The notes: generated by a model from the sequence alone, not told the origin. Counted from the first letter of the stretch, positions 1-7,463 are shown. The stretch: DNA of 32,678 nt from Candidatus Woesearchaeota archaeon (GCA_027371725.1 DAHXMN010000002.1:1-32678); one strand, 5' to 3'. Numbers and translations are program-made.

Positions 1-1
1 C

Positions 2-595
2 TTGTGGATTAGTTTTGGCAGGGTCGACGACATCATACGGGACAGGAAGGTCGACGAGTACCTCCTCGGGCGTCTCGCGCAGAGCGGCTGCTGCGAACTC
101 ATCTACGGATTCGAGACCGGCGACGAGAAGCTCTCAGGGAAAATCGGCAAGGCAGGACTGACATTCGGCAAGAAAGTGATGGCGGCGAAGGCGACCGCGG
201 ATGCAGGCATCAGCGTTGCAGCGGCGATGATGATCGGACTGCCAGGGGAGACGGAAGAGAGCCTCGCCGCCACCCGGCGATTCTTGGAGACGATCCCGTA
301 CGACCGGGTGCGGATGGCCTTCGCGACGCCGTTCAAGGGGACGAGCCTTTACCGACTTTGCGAACGGGAAGGACTGCTCCTGACAGGGGATGATGGCGCA
401 TATACGAGCGAGACGCCAGTCATCAAGACACCGGTCGGGAGCGAGCGTCTCACCGAGTTCCGTCGGGAGACCTTGCGTGATCTCTATGGCTCGCCAGGAT
501 ATCTGGCGCGGTGCCGTGCGCGAATCGAGAAGGATCCGCGATTCGCGAAGGCGTACGACGAATGGTTCGCATATCTTCGCCAGACGCTGGAATGA
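2..595 (+). CDS. radical SAM domain protein, C-terminal fragment (5' end outside window)
   Basis: The frame is open from the window edge. AAAMMIGLPGETEESLAATRRFL and RMAFATPFKGTSLY resemble the C-terminal half of radical-SAM (B12-binding-type) enzymes. Codons are GC3-rich. Stop TGA at 593-595. Confidence 0.6.
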   Translation: MWISFGRVDDIIRDRKVDEYLLGRLAQSGCCELIYGFETGDEKLSGKIGKAGLTFGKKVMAAKATADAGISVAAAMMIGLPGETEESLAATRRFLETIPYDRVRMAFATPFKGTSLYRLCEREGLLLTGDDGAYTSETPVIKTPVGSERLTEFRRETLRDLYGSPGYLARCRARIEKDPRFAKAYDEWFAYLRQTLE

Positions 596-870
596 GCAAG
601 AGAAAGACGAATACGGAGGGAAAGAGAATGAATGGACCGTACAGCCGTTTCGGCCTTGAACTGACAACGATGGTGGCAGAGAACAGATATCAGCAAGGGG
701 TCGCTGAAGGAGTCGAGCAAGGATACGCACGACTCTTCGAACAGCTGAAAAAACTCGAAGAGACGCATCAAGTCGAGATTACCGGACTTGACGCCACGAC
801 CAGCGAGCGAAGAACCCTCGCGCTCGATGAGCTCGTGAAGAACGCAATCGAGATGGCAAGGAAACGCTGA
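592..870 (+). CDS. hypothetical small protein (92 aa)
   Basis: ATG 592 overlaps the upstream stop (ATGA), suggesting translational coupling. No recognisable family. An alternative ATG lies at 628. Confidence 0.4.
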   Translation: MSKRKTNTEGKRMNGPYSRFGLELTTMVAENRYQQGVAEGVEQGYARLFEQLKKLEETHQVEITGLDATTSERRTLALDELVKNAIEMARKR

Positions 871-896
871 GAGAGCGACCGACAAGCGACGCAACC

Positions 897-904
897 ATTT
901 TAAA
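897..904 (+). promoter_or_regulatory. TATA box (ATTTTAAA) of the PIN-rpoE'-spt4-rps24e-rps27ae operon
   Basis: 23 nt upstream of ATG 927, with no SD. This is leaderless geometry. Confidence 0.6.
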
Positions 905-926
905 CCGTTTTCTTCTCCTCGCCATC

Positions 927-1379
927 ATGCTCATCAAGAAGACGACGGTCGTCCTCGATACGAACGCGCTCCTCCTCTTCGGGACGGAGCACGTCGACGT
1001 CTTCTCGGAAATAGGAGGAGCCGTCCTGGAACCGCACGAGATAGTGATTCCCGAACCGGTCCTGAAAGAGCTGGAGAAGCTCGGCCAGAAGAATTCTCGC
1101 GACGCCTGGGCGGCGAAGCTCGCGTACAGCCTCGTCCATGAGAAGCTGAAGATGCAACGGGAGCCGCTCATCGCGAAGCTCCTCTTCCCGCAGAAAGAGA
1201 TACCTTTAAAAACGGTCCCGAGCTCCAAGCAGCACGCTGATGACGCAATCCTGGCGATTGCCGAGGACGATCCTGCACACGCGGTCGTCGTGACCCTGGA
1301 CCGGGGCTTGCAGGGACGTCTTCTCGCGAAGAAGGTGCGCGTCATCGGGTTGAAGCAGCGACGATTGGCGTTCGTATAA
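927..1379 (+). CDS. PIN-domain protein, Fcf1/Utp24-like (COG1412-type)
   Basis: VVLDTNALLL, HADDAILAIA and VVTLDRGLQGRLL give the acidic PIN residue pattern. The gene sits in the conserved archaeal position directly upstream of rpoE'-spt4-rps24e-rps27ae. TATA 897-904 lies 23 nt before the ATG. Confidence 0.75.
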   Translation: MLIKKTTVVLDTNALLLFGTEHVDVFSEIGGAVLEPHEIVIPEPVLKELEKLGQKNSRDAWAAKLAYSLVHEKLKMQREPLIAKLLFPQKEIPLKTVPSSKQHADDAILAIAEDDPAHAVVVTLDRGLQGRLLAKKVRVIGLKQRRLAFV

Positions 1380-1400
1380 AAAGAGAACGAGGGGTGCCAC

Positions 1401-1985
1401 GTGTTTTACGCAGTCAAGGTGAAGGACCACATCCGCGTCCCGCCGGCCATGTTCGGGCTCGACCTGAAGGAGTCGGTGGTGAAGGCGGTCAAGACCCAGT
1501 ACACCGGCCACATCAGCAAGGACATCGGCATCGTCATCGACGTCCTCGAGGTGACCGCGGTCAAGGAGGGCATCATCATCCCGGGCGACGGCGCGAGCTA
1601 CTACGAGACCGAGTTCGAGCTCCTCACGTTCATCCCCGAGATCCAGGAGGTGCTCCTCGGCACGGTGCGCGACGTCGCGGAGTTCGGCGCGTTCCTCAAC
1701 ATCGGGCCGATCGACGGCATGATCCACGTCAGCCAGGCGATGAACGACTTCGTCTCCAGCACCAAGGAGAAGACGCTCCAGGGCAAGGACACCGGGCGCG
1801 TGCTCAAGGTCGGGGACAAGTGCCTGGCGCGCATGGTCGCGATCAGCTACAAGGACGCCGCCAACCCGAAGTTCGGCCTGACGATGCGTCAGGACGGGCT
1901 GGGCAAGGACGAATGGGTAGTCGACGATCTGAGCGGCGAGCCCAAGGCGAGGAAGCGGCCCGGCAAGGAGAAGGCCGCGGCATAA
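1401..1985 (+). CDS. rpoE: DNA-directed RNA polymerase subunit E' (Rpo7)
   Basis: N-terminus MFYAVKVKDHIRVPPAMFG is followed by the S1 domain (GTVRDVAEFGAFLNIGPIDGMIHVSQ). GTG start is preceded by GAGGGGTG. K/R-rich C-terminal tail. Confidence 0.9.
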   Translation: MFYAVKVKDHIRVPPAMFGLDLKESVVKAVKTQYTGHISKDIGIVIDVLEVTAVKEGIIIPGDGASYYETEFELLTFIPEIQEVLLGTVRDVAEFGAFLNIGPIDGMIHVSQAMNDFVSSTKEKTLQGKDTGRVLKVGDKCLARMVAISYKDAANPKFGLTMRQDGLGKDEWVVDDLSGEPKARKRPGKEKAAA

Positions 1986-1997
1986 GGGTGAACGGTC

Positions 1998-2186
1998 ATG
2001 GCGAAGAAGCAAGCATGCAAGAACTGTAAGATTTTCGTCGACGGCGAGGTCTGCCCGCTCTGCAAGAGCACCAACCTGAGCCCGAACTGGCAGGGCAGGA
2101 TCTCGTTCGTCGACACGGAGAAGAGCTTCATCGCGCACAAGATGGGCGTGGAGCAGAAGGGCGAGTACGCCCTGAAAGTCAGATAG
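1998..2186 (+). CDS. spt4: transcription elongation factor Spt4 (RpoE'')
   Basis: 62 aa with a Zn ribbon (CKNC...CPLC) and NWQGRISFVD. Sits in the canonical position after rpoE'. GGGTGA SD lies 7 nt upstream. Confidence 0.9.
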   Translation: MAKKQACKNCKIFVDGEVCPLCKSTNLSPNWQGRISFVDTEKSFIAHKMGVEQKGEYALKVR

Positions 2187-2195
2187 GGGTTGATC

Positions 2196-2537
2196 ATGAT
2201 GGAGATACAGATCGTCAGCAAGGACGCGAAGCTGCTCCTCAGCCGGACGGAAGTGAAGGCGCGGATTGCGTTCCAGGGAGCGACTCCCACGAGGAAGGAT
2301 GTCATCAAGGCGTTGGCGAAGGCGCTCGGCGCGAAGGAGGACCTCATCATCCTCCGGAAGATCGAGACTGCGTTCGGCAGCCAGAGCGGCAAGGTCCTCG
2401 GCTATGTCTACAACGACCGGAAGGCGCTTGAGACGCTCGAGCACGAGTCCGTGCTGAAGAAGCACGGCGCCGGGAAGGGGACGAAGGCCGACGAAGGGGA
2501 TGCGAAGACCGCAGAGAAGACCGGAGGCGATGAGTGA
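2196..2537 (+). CDS. rps24e: 30S ribosomal protein S24e
   Basis: [34 protein letters not shown] and KVLGYVYND are typical S24e. The track ORF begins at TTG 2190; I chose ATG 2196 (2199 is also possible). Confidence 0.9.
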   Translation: MMEIQIVSKDAKLLLSRTEVKARIAFQGATPTRKDVIKALAKALGAKEDLIILRKIETAFGSQSGKVLGYVYNDRKALETLEHESVLKKHGAGKGTKADEGDAKTAEKTGGDE

Positions 2538-2770
2538 TGGCGGCCCCTGCAAAAGGCGGAGCGAAGCCGGGCGCGAAGCCCGCGGCCGGCGCGAAAGGCA
2601 AAGGTCCTGCGAAGAAGCCCTCGTCCAAGAAGGCCTCGTGCTACGAGGTGACGGGGAACGAGCTCAAGCGGAAGAACAAGAGCTGCCCGAAGTGCGGCCC
2701 GGGCGTTTTCCTGGCGAAGCACAAGGACCGCGTGACGTGCGGCAAGTGCGGCTACATGGAGAAGCGCTGA
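2537..2770 (+). CDS. rps27ae: 30S ribosomal protein S27ae with K/A/P/G-rich N-terminal extension
   Basis: C-terminal Zn ribbon [27 protein letters not shown] 2537 overlaps the rps24e TGA (TGATG). About 30 aa of [15 protein letters not shown] low complexity precede the core. Confidence 0.9.
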   Translation: MAAPAKGGAKPGAKPAAGAKGKGPAKKPSSKKASCYEVTGNELKRKNKSCPKCGPGVFLAKHKDRVTCGKCGYMEKR

Positions 2771-2779
2771 GCACCAACC

Positions 2780-2832
2780 TTTTTTCTCGCAATCCTTTTT
2801 CGTTCTCATATTTTCTCGTCGGGCTTTCTTTT
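2780..2832 (+). terminator. T-run / CT-rich terminator region after rps27ae
   Basis: T6 (2780-2785), T5 (2796-2800) and T4 runs begin 10 nt after the stop, in the style of archaeal oligo-T terminators. Confidence 0.6.
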
Positions 2833-3255
2833 CTCCAAGTCAGATACATCTGTCCGAAAATCCTACATTTTTCTTGAATAATCTTTATATATGATGAGGT
2901 GTGATTAGTGCGTATGACGTGGAACGTCGACCCGAACGGCGACCTCGTCGAAGAGGACGAGGAGCTCGAGAAAGAAGATAAGCACTCATACCGAGAGTAT
3001 GATAGTTTCTGCGCTATGGGTCCCGTTCCGAGGAGAGTTCTCCGAGAAGAAACACGCCAGCAGAGAGCGTGCTGAACGAGTGCCGCCGCCGGCCTCAGGG
3101 CGAGGCGTTGCGGAAAGGGAAGCGGAGAGGCCAGGGGGACGCCCCATACGGGGATGGCCGTTGCCGGGAAAGAACATGCGATACGCCGAGCAGCCCGCGG
3201 CGGCACGAGCGGGTCTAACAAAAACTACAAAAAGAGAAGCCCAGAACCGGACAGC

Positions 3256-3666
3256 ATGGCCCGCGTCATGGTCTTCGGCAGCTTCGACCCGCTCCATGAG
3301 GGGCACCGGTCGCTCTTCCGCCAGGCGAAGCGGTACGGCGACGAGCTCGTCGTCGCGGTGGCGCGGGACGTGAACATCCGCAAGCTGAAAGGGCACGAGC
3401 CGCGGCAACCGGAGCGACAGCGGCTAGCGACGGTCGAGCGGGAAGGGTCCGTCGACCTCGCCATCCTCGGCGACGAGAAGGACTTCCTGAAAGTAATCGA
3501 GCGATACCTCCCGGAGACGATCGTCCTCGGCTACGACCAGGAGACGTTCACGGACGAGGAACTCCGTGAGAAGCTCGCGAAACGAGGACTCCATCCGGAG
3601 ATCAAGCGCGCAGTGGCGTTCCGGCCCGAGACGTACAAGAGCAGCAAAGTCGGGAAGAAAGAGTGA
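3256..3666 (+). CDS. ribL: cytidylyltransferase-fold FAD synthase, RibL-like
   Basis: GSFDPLHEGH (HxGH), DELVVAVARDVNIRKLKGHEP and TIVLGYDQETFTDEELREKLAKRGLHPEI are colinear with archaeal RibL as I recall it. The track ORF (3154) has a non-homologous R/G-rich extension. I chose ATG 3256, preceded by an A-rich TATA-like box at 3225-3234. Confidence 0.7.
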   Translation: MARVMVFGSFDPLHEGHRSLFRQAKRYGDELVVAVARDVNIRKLKGHEPRQPERQRLATVEREGSVDLAILGDEKDFLKVIERYLPETIVLGYDQETFTDEELREKLAKRGLHPEIKRAVAFRPETYKSSKVGKKE

Positions 3667-3669
3667 ACC

Positions 3670-5184
3670 TCACTTCTTCGGCTCGGTGATGATGCCGTAC
3701 CCGATGAGCCGGAAGCGCGTGCCCACCCTGCGCGAGATCGTCACGCGGCTGCCGGCAGCGGCGCAGATCGGCTTCTTCAGGCGGCAACCGACCTTGTTCT
3801 TCGAGAGATCCGTGACGATCCCGACCGTCGCGGCCGAGTTCACGTTGAGCATGAGCAATTCATTGGGGGTGAGCGGGTTCACCTTCAACTCCTCCGCCGC
3901 GCCGACGACGCGTTCCAGGAGCTTCGTCTCGAGCAGGAGGTTGTCCCAGACGGGGGGCAGCTCGCCCGGCCGGCCGACGACGCTGCCCGTCAGCGAGTCC
4001 GCGCGGACGATCGAGTGGTCGAGCGAGGTCATCAGCGCGAGCGAACCGCCCGGGGTCGCCTGCTCGACCGGCTTGCCGCCGGTGACGATGGAGTTGATGA
4101 CCGCGAACAACGGCTTCGCCTTGATCTTGTTGGCCTCCTCGACGATCCTGCCAGGACGGATCTCGACGCGTTCGCCTTGCTTGAGAATGCCTTGCTTGAG
4201 CGCGCCGCCGAGGACGCCGCCTTTGAGCTGGCCGGCCTTCGCGCCGGGCTTGTTGATGTCGAAACTGCGCGCGACCACCATCAGGGGCGCAGCCGTGCTG
4301 TCGCGCGCCGGCACGGTGAACGTGTCGAGCATCACCTTGATGAGGACGTCGACGTTGACGCCGCGCTGCGCGCTCAGCGGGACGATCGGCGCGTCCGCGT
4401 ACTTCGTGCCTTTGAGGAACTCCCTGATCTGCTGGTAGTTCCGCATCGCCCGCTCCGTGGAGACGAGGTCGATCTTGTTCTGGACGACGACCACCTTGTC
4501 GATGCCGCTGATCTCGAGCGCCATGAGATGCTCCTTGGTCTGCGGCTGCGGACAGAGCTCATTCGCCGCCACGAGGAGGAGGGCGCCGTCCATGATGGTC
4601 GCGCCGGAGAGCATCGTCGCCATGAGCGACTCGTGGCCCGGCGCGTCGACGAGGCTGATCTTGCGGAGCGGCTCGGTCGCTATCTGGTGCTCGGGGCAGA
4701 TCGCCTTGGTCGTGTACGCGGCTTCGCCCTCGCACGCCGGGCACTTCCGGAAGACGAGGTCCGCGTACCCCAACCTGATCGTGATGCCGCGCTTGACCTC
4801 CTCGGAGTGGGTGTCCGTCCACTTCCCTGACAAGCGTTCGGTCAGCGTCGTCTTGCCGTGGTCGACGTGGCCGACAAGGCCGATGTTCATCAGCGGCTGG
4901 ACGGGTTCATCATAAGAAACGGGATACGTGCCCGTCACCTTTTTGGACGCGGCTTTCGGCGCGGCATTCGATTCGGCCTTGTGCTCCGCCTTATGCTCCG
5001 CCTTATGCTCTGCCTTCTTTTCTGGCTCGTAGTCATGCTTCGGCTCTTCCGCCATCGCTTCGGGAGCCTGAGCCCCAGGAGCCTCGAGCGTCCCTTTCTT
5101 GACGGCTTTCTTAGCGGTCTTCTTGACGGCCTTCTTCGGCTTCTCCACGGCATCCGCAGGCTCGTTCGCTTTCTTGGCAGGCAT
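3670..5184 (-). CDS. eif2g: translation initiation factor aIF2 gamma with ~90-aa Lys-rich N-terminal extension
   Basis: G domain NIGLVGHVDHGKTTL, Zn knuckle CPACEGE...CPEH, and DAPGHE, NKID motifs. Start ATG 5184 was chosen because TATA 5207-5215 lies 23 nt upstream. The 649-aa track ORF extends across that promoter. Confidence 0.9.
   Translation of the reverse strand: MPAKKANEPADAVEKPKKAVKKTAKKAVKKGTLEAPGAQAPEAMAEEPKHDYEPEKKAEHKAEHKAEHKAESNAAPKAASKKVTGTYPVSYDEPVQPLMNIGLVGHVDHGKTTLTERLSGKWTDTHSEEVKRGITIRLGYADLVFRKCPACEGEAAYTTKAICPEHQIATEPLRKISLVDAPGHESLMATMLSGATIMDGALLLVAANELCPQPQTKEHLMALEISGIDKVVVVQNKIDLVSTERAMRNYQQIREFLKGTKYADAPIVPLSAQRGVNVDVLIKVMLDTFTVPARDSTAAPLMVVARSFDINKPGAKAGQLKGGVLGGALKQGILKQGERVEIRPGRIVEEANKIKAKPLFAVINSIVTGGKPVEQATPGGSLALMTSLDHSIVRADSLTGSVVGRPGELPPVWDNLLLETKLLERVVGAAEELKVNPLTPNELLMLNVNSAATVGIVTDLSKNKVGCRLKKPICAAAGSRVTISRRVGTRFRLIGYGIITEPKK
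4976..5023 (-). repeat. in-frame 12-nt tandem repeat (4 units) encoding (K)AEHK repeats in the aIF2-gamma N-terminal extension
   Basis: The plus strand reads ggccttgtgctc cgccttatgctc cgccttatgctc tgccttcttttc. The protein reads KKAEHKAEHKAEHKAE. Confidence 0.8.
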
Positions 5185-5206
5185 TCGTCGACGGAACGAC
5201 AGGCGC

Positions 5207-5215
5207 TTTATAAAA
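5207..5215 (-). promoter_or_regulatory. TATA box of eif2g
   Basis: TTTTATAAA on the minus strand, 23 nt upstream of ATG 5184. Confidence 0.6.
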
Positions 5216-5375
5216 GTTACTGAGGGAAAAGGCGAAGGAAAATCTCCAGCGCCGCCGAGGCGGCTGTGCGAATGACGCCCTGCTGACAAGAGCGATTGGT
5301 TGACGGTCAGGGCTGACGGCCATAGCCGCCGCTGCGCAGGAGATGCTCTCGAAGGAAGGCGGCGAGAAAAAAGCA

Positions 5376-5567
5376 CTATTCCGGCACTGGCGTCCGGCAA
5401 GTGGCGCGGCACGGGCCGTGCCCCCCGCACGTGCAGCCGAGGAACCGCAGCCGTCTGCGGGGCATCCGGCGCAGGTAGCTGTCGCTGACGCTGCCGCCCG
5501 CAGAGGCGTACCCGTCGCCGGAGCGGTTGCTGCACGCGTAGCCGGAACCGTTCGACGCGTATTCCAT
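5376..5567 (-). CDS. hypothetical small G/S/Y- and Cys-rich protein (63 aa)
   Basis: TATA 5591-5599 lies about 24 nt upstream of ATG 5567. Codons are GC3-rich. A T6 run (5372-5367 on the minus strand) follows 3 nt after the TAG. No family recognised. Confidence 0.45.
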   Translation of the reverse strand: MEYASNGSGYACSNRSGDGYASAGGSVSDSYLRRMPRRRLRFLGCTCGGHGPCRATCRTPVPE

Positions 5568-5793
5568 GGCGGACGGTGTCCGCGATGCCGTTTATAAAAA
5601 CTGGGTTGAAGCCGATCAAGCACGGCGTTCCCGCGCCGCGGCCGCAGCGACGGCCATCGCAGTCTTCCTCGACGGGGAACCGAGTCTCGTAGCGATCGAA
5701 GTTGACGCCGCCTCGCCGTCCGGGCGGCGGCTGCGGCGCTCTTTGCGTCGGGAAAGATGGAAGAGAGAAGATACTGATTAAGAGGAAGAAGAG

Positions 5794-5857
5794 AAAAAAA
5801 TGGCCTTCACGATGGTTTTCGGGGGGTTGGGGGGTGTGAGAACGGCATCGTGAAGGC
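5794..5857 (-). terminator. 12-bp perfect hairpin followed by T7 (intrinsic-terminator-like)
   Basis: GCCTTCACGATG at 5803-5814 pairs with CATCGTGAAGGC at 5846-5857. On the minus strand the hairpin is followed after 2 nt by T7 (5800-5794). Confidence 0.5.
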
Positions 5858-6047
5858 AGAGAAATCCTTTCGGAAGAAAGGAGCGTGAATCCCTGCTGGC
5901 CGTCCGAATGTTTTGAAAGATGTTAAGCGGGGCCGGTCATCACTGCACGTTACGCGCCCGTCGTCGGTACGTTGTCGTCGCTATGGGCGGTTCACTGTCG
6001 TCACTGTCGACCCCTTTGTCACCACCGGTGAACATGGAAAAAGCCGT

Positions 6048-7121
6048 TTAGCGGACGATCTCGATGCCGAGGTCGTCGCTGAGCTGCTGCCGGGCGACCG
6101 CGCGTTCCTTGGCGGACTGCTTGCCCAGGATCCACGGGCTCTTGACGCCGGTGACGATCGTCATGACGGTGATCTTGCCCTTCATGTTGTCGTCCACGCG
6201 CGCGCCCCAGATGACGTTCGCATCCTCGTCCATGGATTCGGTGACGAGTTCGCCGACGCGGTTGATCTCGTCCAGCGTCAGGTCGGGTCCGCCGCTGACA
6301 TGGATGATCGCGCCGCTCGCGCCCTCGTAGCTGATGTCGAGGAGCGGGTTGGAGAGCGCGCCCTTGACCGCTTCTTCGACGCGGTTGTTCGTGTCCGAGA
6401 CGCCGACGCCGATGGCCGCGACGCCGCCGTCCGTCATGATCGCCTTGACGTCCGCGTAGTCGAGGTTGACGAGCGAGGGCACGGCGATGATCTCGACGAT
6501 GCCCTTGATCATGGTCGCCACCAGCTCGTTCGCCACGGCGAAGGCCTGCTGCACGGGAAGGTTGCCCGCGATCTGGACCAGGCGGTTGTTGTCGATGACG
6601 ATGACGGTGTCGCTCACCTGCCGGAGGCGTTGGAGGCCGAATTCGGCCTTGTCGACGCGCGCGCGCTCGATCTTGAACGGCATCGTGACCGTGCCGATGA
6701 CGATGGAGCCAGTGTCCTTGGCGACCTGCGCGACGACCGGGGCAGCCCCTGTGCCGGTGCCGCCGCCCATGCCCGCGCAGACGAAGCACATGTCGCTGCC
6801 GCGGAGGTGCTCCTTCAGCTCCTGGATGGACTCCTGGGCCGCTTCCGCCCCCTTCTCCGGGAAGCCGCCGCAGCCGAGGCCGCGCGTGACGTCGCGGCCG
6901 ATCAGGAACTTGCGATCGGATTCGGTGATGTCGAGGTGCTGCTTGTCCGTGTTGCACGCGATGATCTCGGCACCCTTGATCCCCTTGTTGTAGAGCCAGT
7001 TGACCATGTTGTTGCCGGCGCCGCCGACCCCGATGACCTTGATATTGGCCTGTCCAACTTCAAGCTCTGGCGTTGCGTTCCTCTGGGGCTGCTGGGCAGC
7101 ACGGTTCACGATGAAGTCCAT
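6048..7121 (-). CDS. ftsZ: cell division protein FtsZ
   Basis: IKVIGVGGAGNN and the tubulin signature GMGGGTGTGAAPV. GAGGGGGAG SD lies 6 nt upstream of the ATG. A T5 run follows 5 nt after the TAA. Confidence 0.95.
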   Translation of the reverse strand: MDFIVNRAAQQPQRNATPELEVGQANIKVIGVGGAGNNMVNWLYNKGIKGAEIIACNTDKQHLDITESDRKFLIGRDVTRGLGCGGFPEKGAEAAQESIQELKEHLRGSDMCFVCAGMGGGTGTGAAPVVAQVAKDTGSIVIGTVTMPFKIERARVDKAEFGLQRLRQVSDTVIVIDNNRLVQIAGNLPVQQAFAVANELVATMIKGIVEIIAVPSLVNLDYADVKAIMTDGGVAAIGVGVSDTNNRVEEAVKGALSNPLLDISYEGASGAIIHVSGGPDLTLDEINRVGELVTESMDEDANVIWGARVDDNMKGKITVMTIVTGVKSPWILGKQSAKERAVARQQLSDDLGIEIVR

Positions 7122-7463
7122 TTTTCGCTCCCCCTCAATGTTTTTGCTGTCTCCTGTCGTCGGTCCAAGGTCGCGCGAGCACCCGGAGAGCGCCAGCTAG
7201 CTCGTAGCAGCGTCCCTGTCTAAAAGCGGCCTGCGGCGTCGCCGGGTCGCCTCGCCATTCCCCTGTCCGGACAGCCTTCCCAAGCAGACCAGACCGAAGA
7301 ATGTTTAGTTCTCGCCAAAACCTTTTTGTCATTTCTAGTCTTAGCTTATATATAAACCTTGTCGTTCTAAAAAATATATGTGCGGTATACTATACTAGAG
7401 AAAATATAATATGGAAAGGAATTCGTGCGACCGAGCGGGAAACAGCAGGAAGAGGAAAGACGA

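Noticed and set aside
592-1379. Small ORF + PIN gene read as a VapBC toxin-antitoxin pair
   Set aside because: The PIN protein matches the Fcf1/COG1412-type PIN that is a conserved neighbour of rpoE'/spt4 in archaea. It has its own leaderless promoter and is separated by 56 nt from the small ORF, which is instead coupled to the radical-SAM gene.
1206-2552. 448-aa minus-strand ORF covering rpoE/spt4/rps24e
   Set aside because: It is antisense to four well-supported conserved genes. The product is R/L/A/D/P-rich with no motifs, typical of a high-GC shadow ORF.
3080-3206. FMN riboswitch or RNase P / SRP RNA upstream of ribL
   Set aside because: The conserved RFN-element strings (GGUGAAAUUCC, AAAGUCUGGAUG etc.), as I recall them, are absent. 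The RNase P CR-I/CR-V and SRP helix-8 motifs are also absent. Only generic GC-rich stems remain.
5185-5619. N-terminal 145-aa extension of the aIF2-gamma track ORF (TTG start at 5619)
   Set aside because: It runs through the gene's own TATA box (5207-5215) and through the 63-aa gene unit, and its sequence is not coding-like. Similar extensions were trimmed for lig (10052-10213), the wHTH gene (7998-8171), the pilin (13104-13166), the coiled-coil gene (19043-19141), the Cys-rich gene (22404-22748), DUF192 (22805-23026), the first pilin-like gene (29032-29190), nop10 (29539-29619), rpl44e (31771-31794) and ribL (3154-3255).
5821-5834. G6-TT-G6 tract as a G-quadruplex or telomere-like repeat
   Set aside because: There are only two G-tracts and they sit inside a hairpin loop. 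That is insufficient for an intramolecular four-tract quadruplex, and a single TTGGGG-like unit is not a repeat array.
5913-7223. 436-aa plus-strand ORF and 312-aa minus-strand ORF (6019-6957) overlapping ftsZ
   Set aside because: They are the opposite-strand or out-of-frame shadows of the unambiguous FtsZ frame (GGGTGTG signature), with an R/D/A/G-dominated composition.
7135-7332. 65-aa minus-strand ORF in the ftsZ leader
   Set aside because: Its ATG lies only 14-24 nt from the TATA, so it is probably upstream of the TSS. Codon usage is AT3-rich, unlike genuine genes here, and there is no SD.
7300-7420. AT-rich islands at 7300-7420 and 10070-10136 as alternative replication origins
   Set aside because: Both are fully explained as terminator-plus-promoter regions (T-runs after the wHTH gene and the ftsZ TATA; the divergent lig / hypothetical-gene TATA boxes). 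They lack adjacent ORB-like or G-string motifs.
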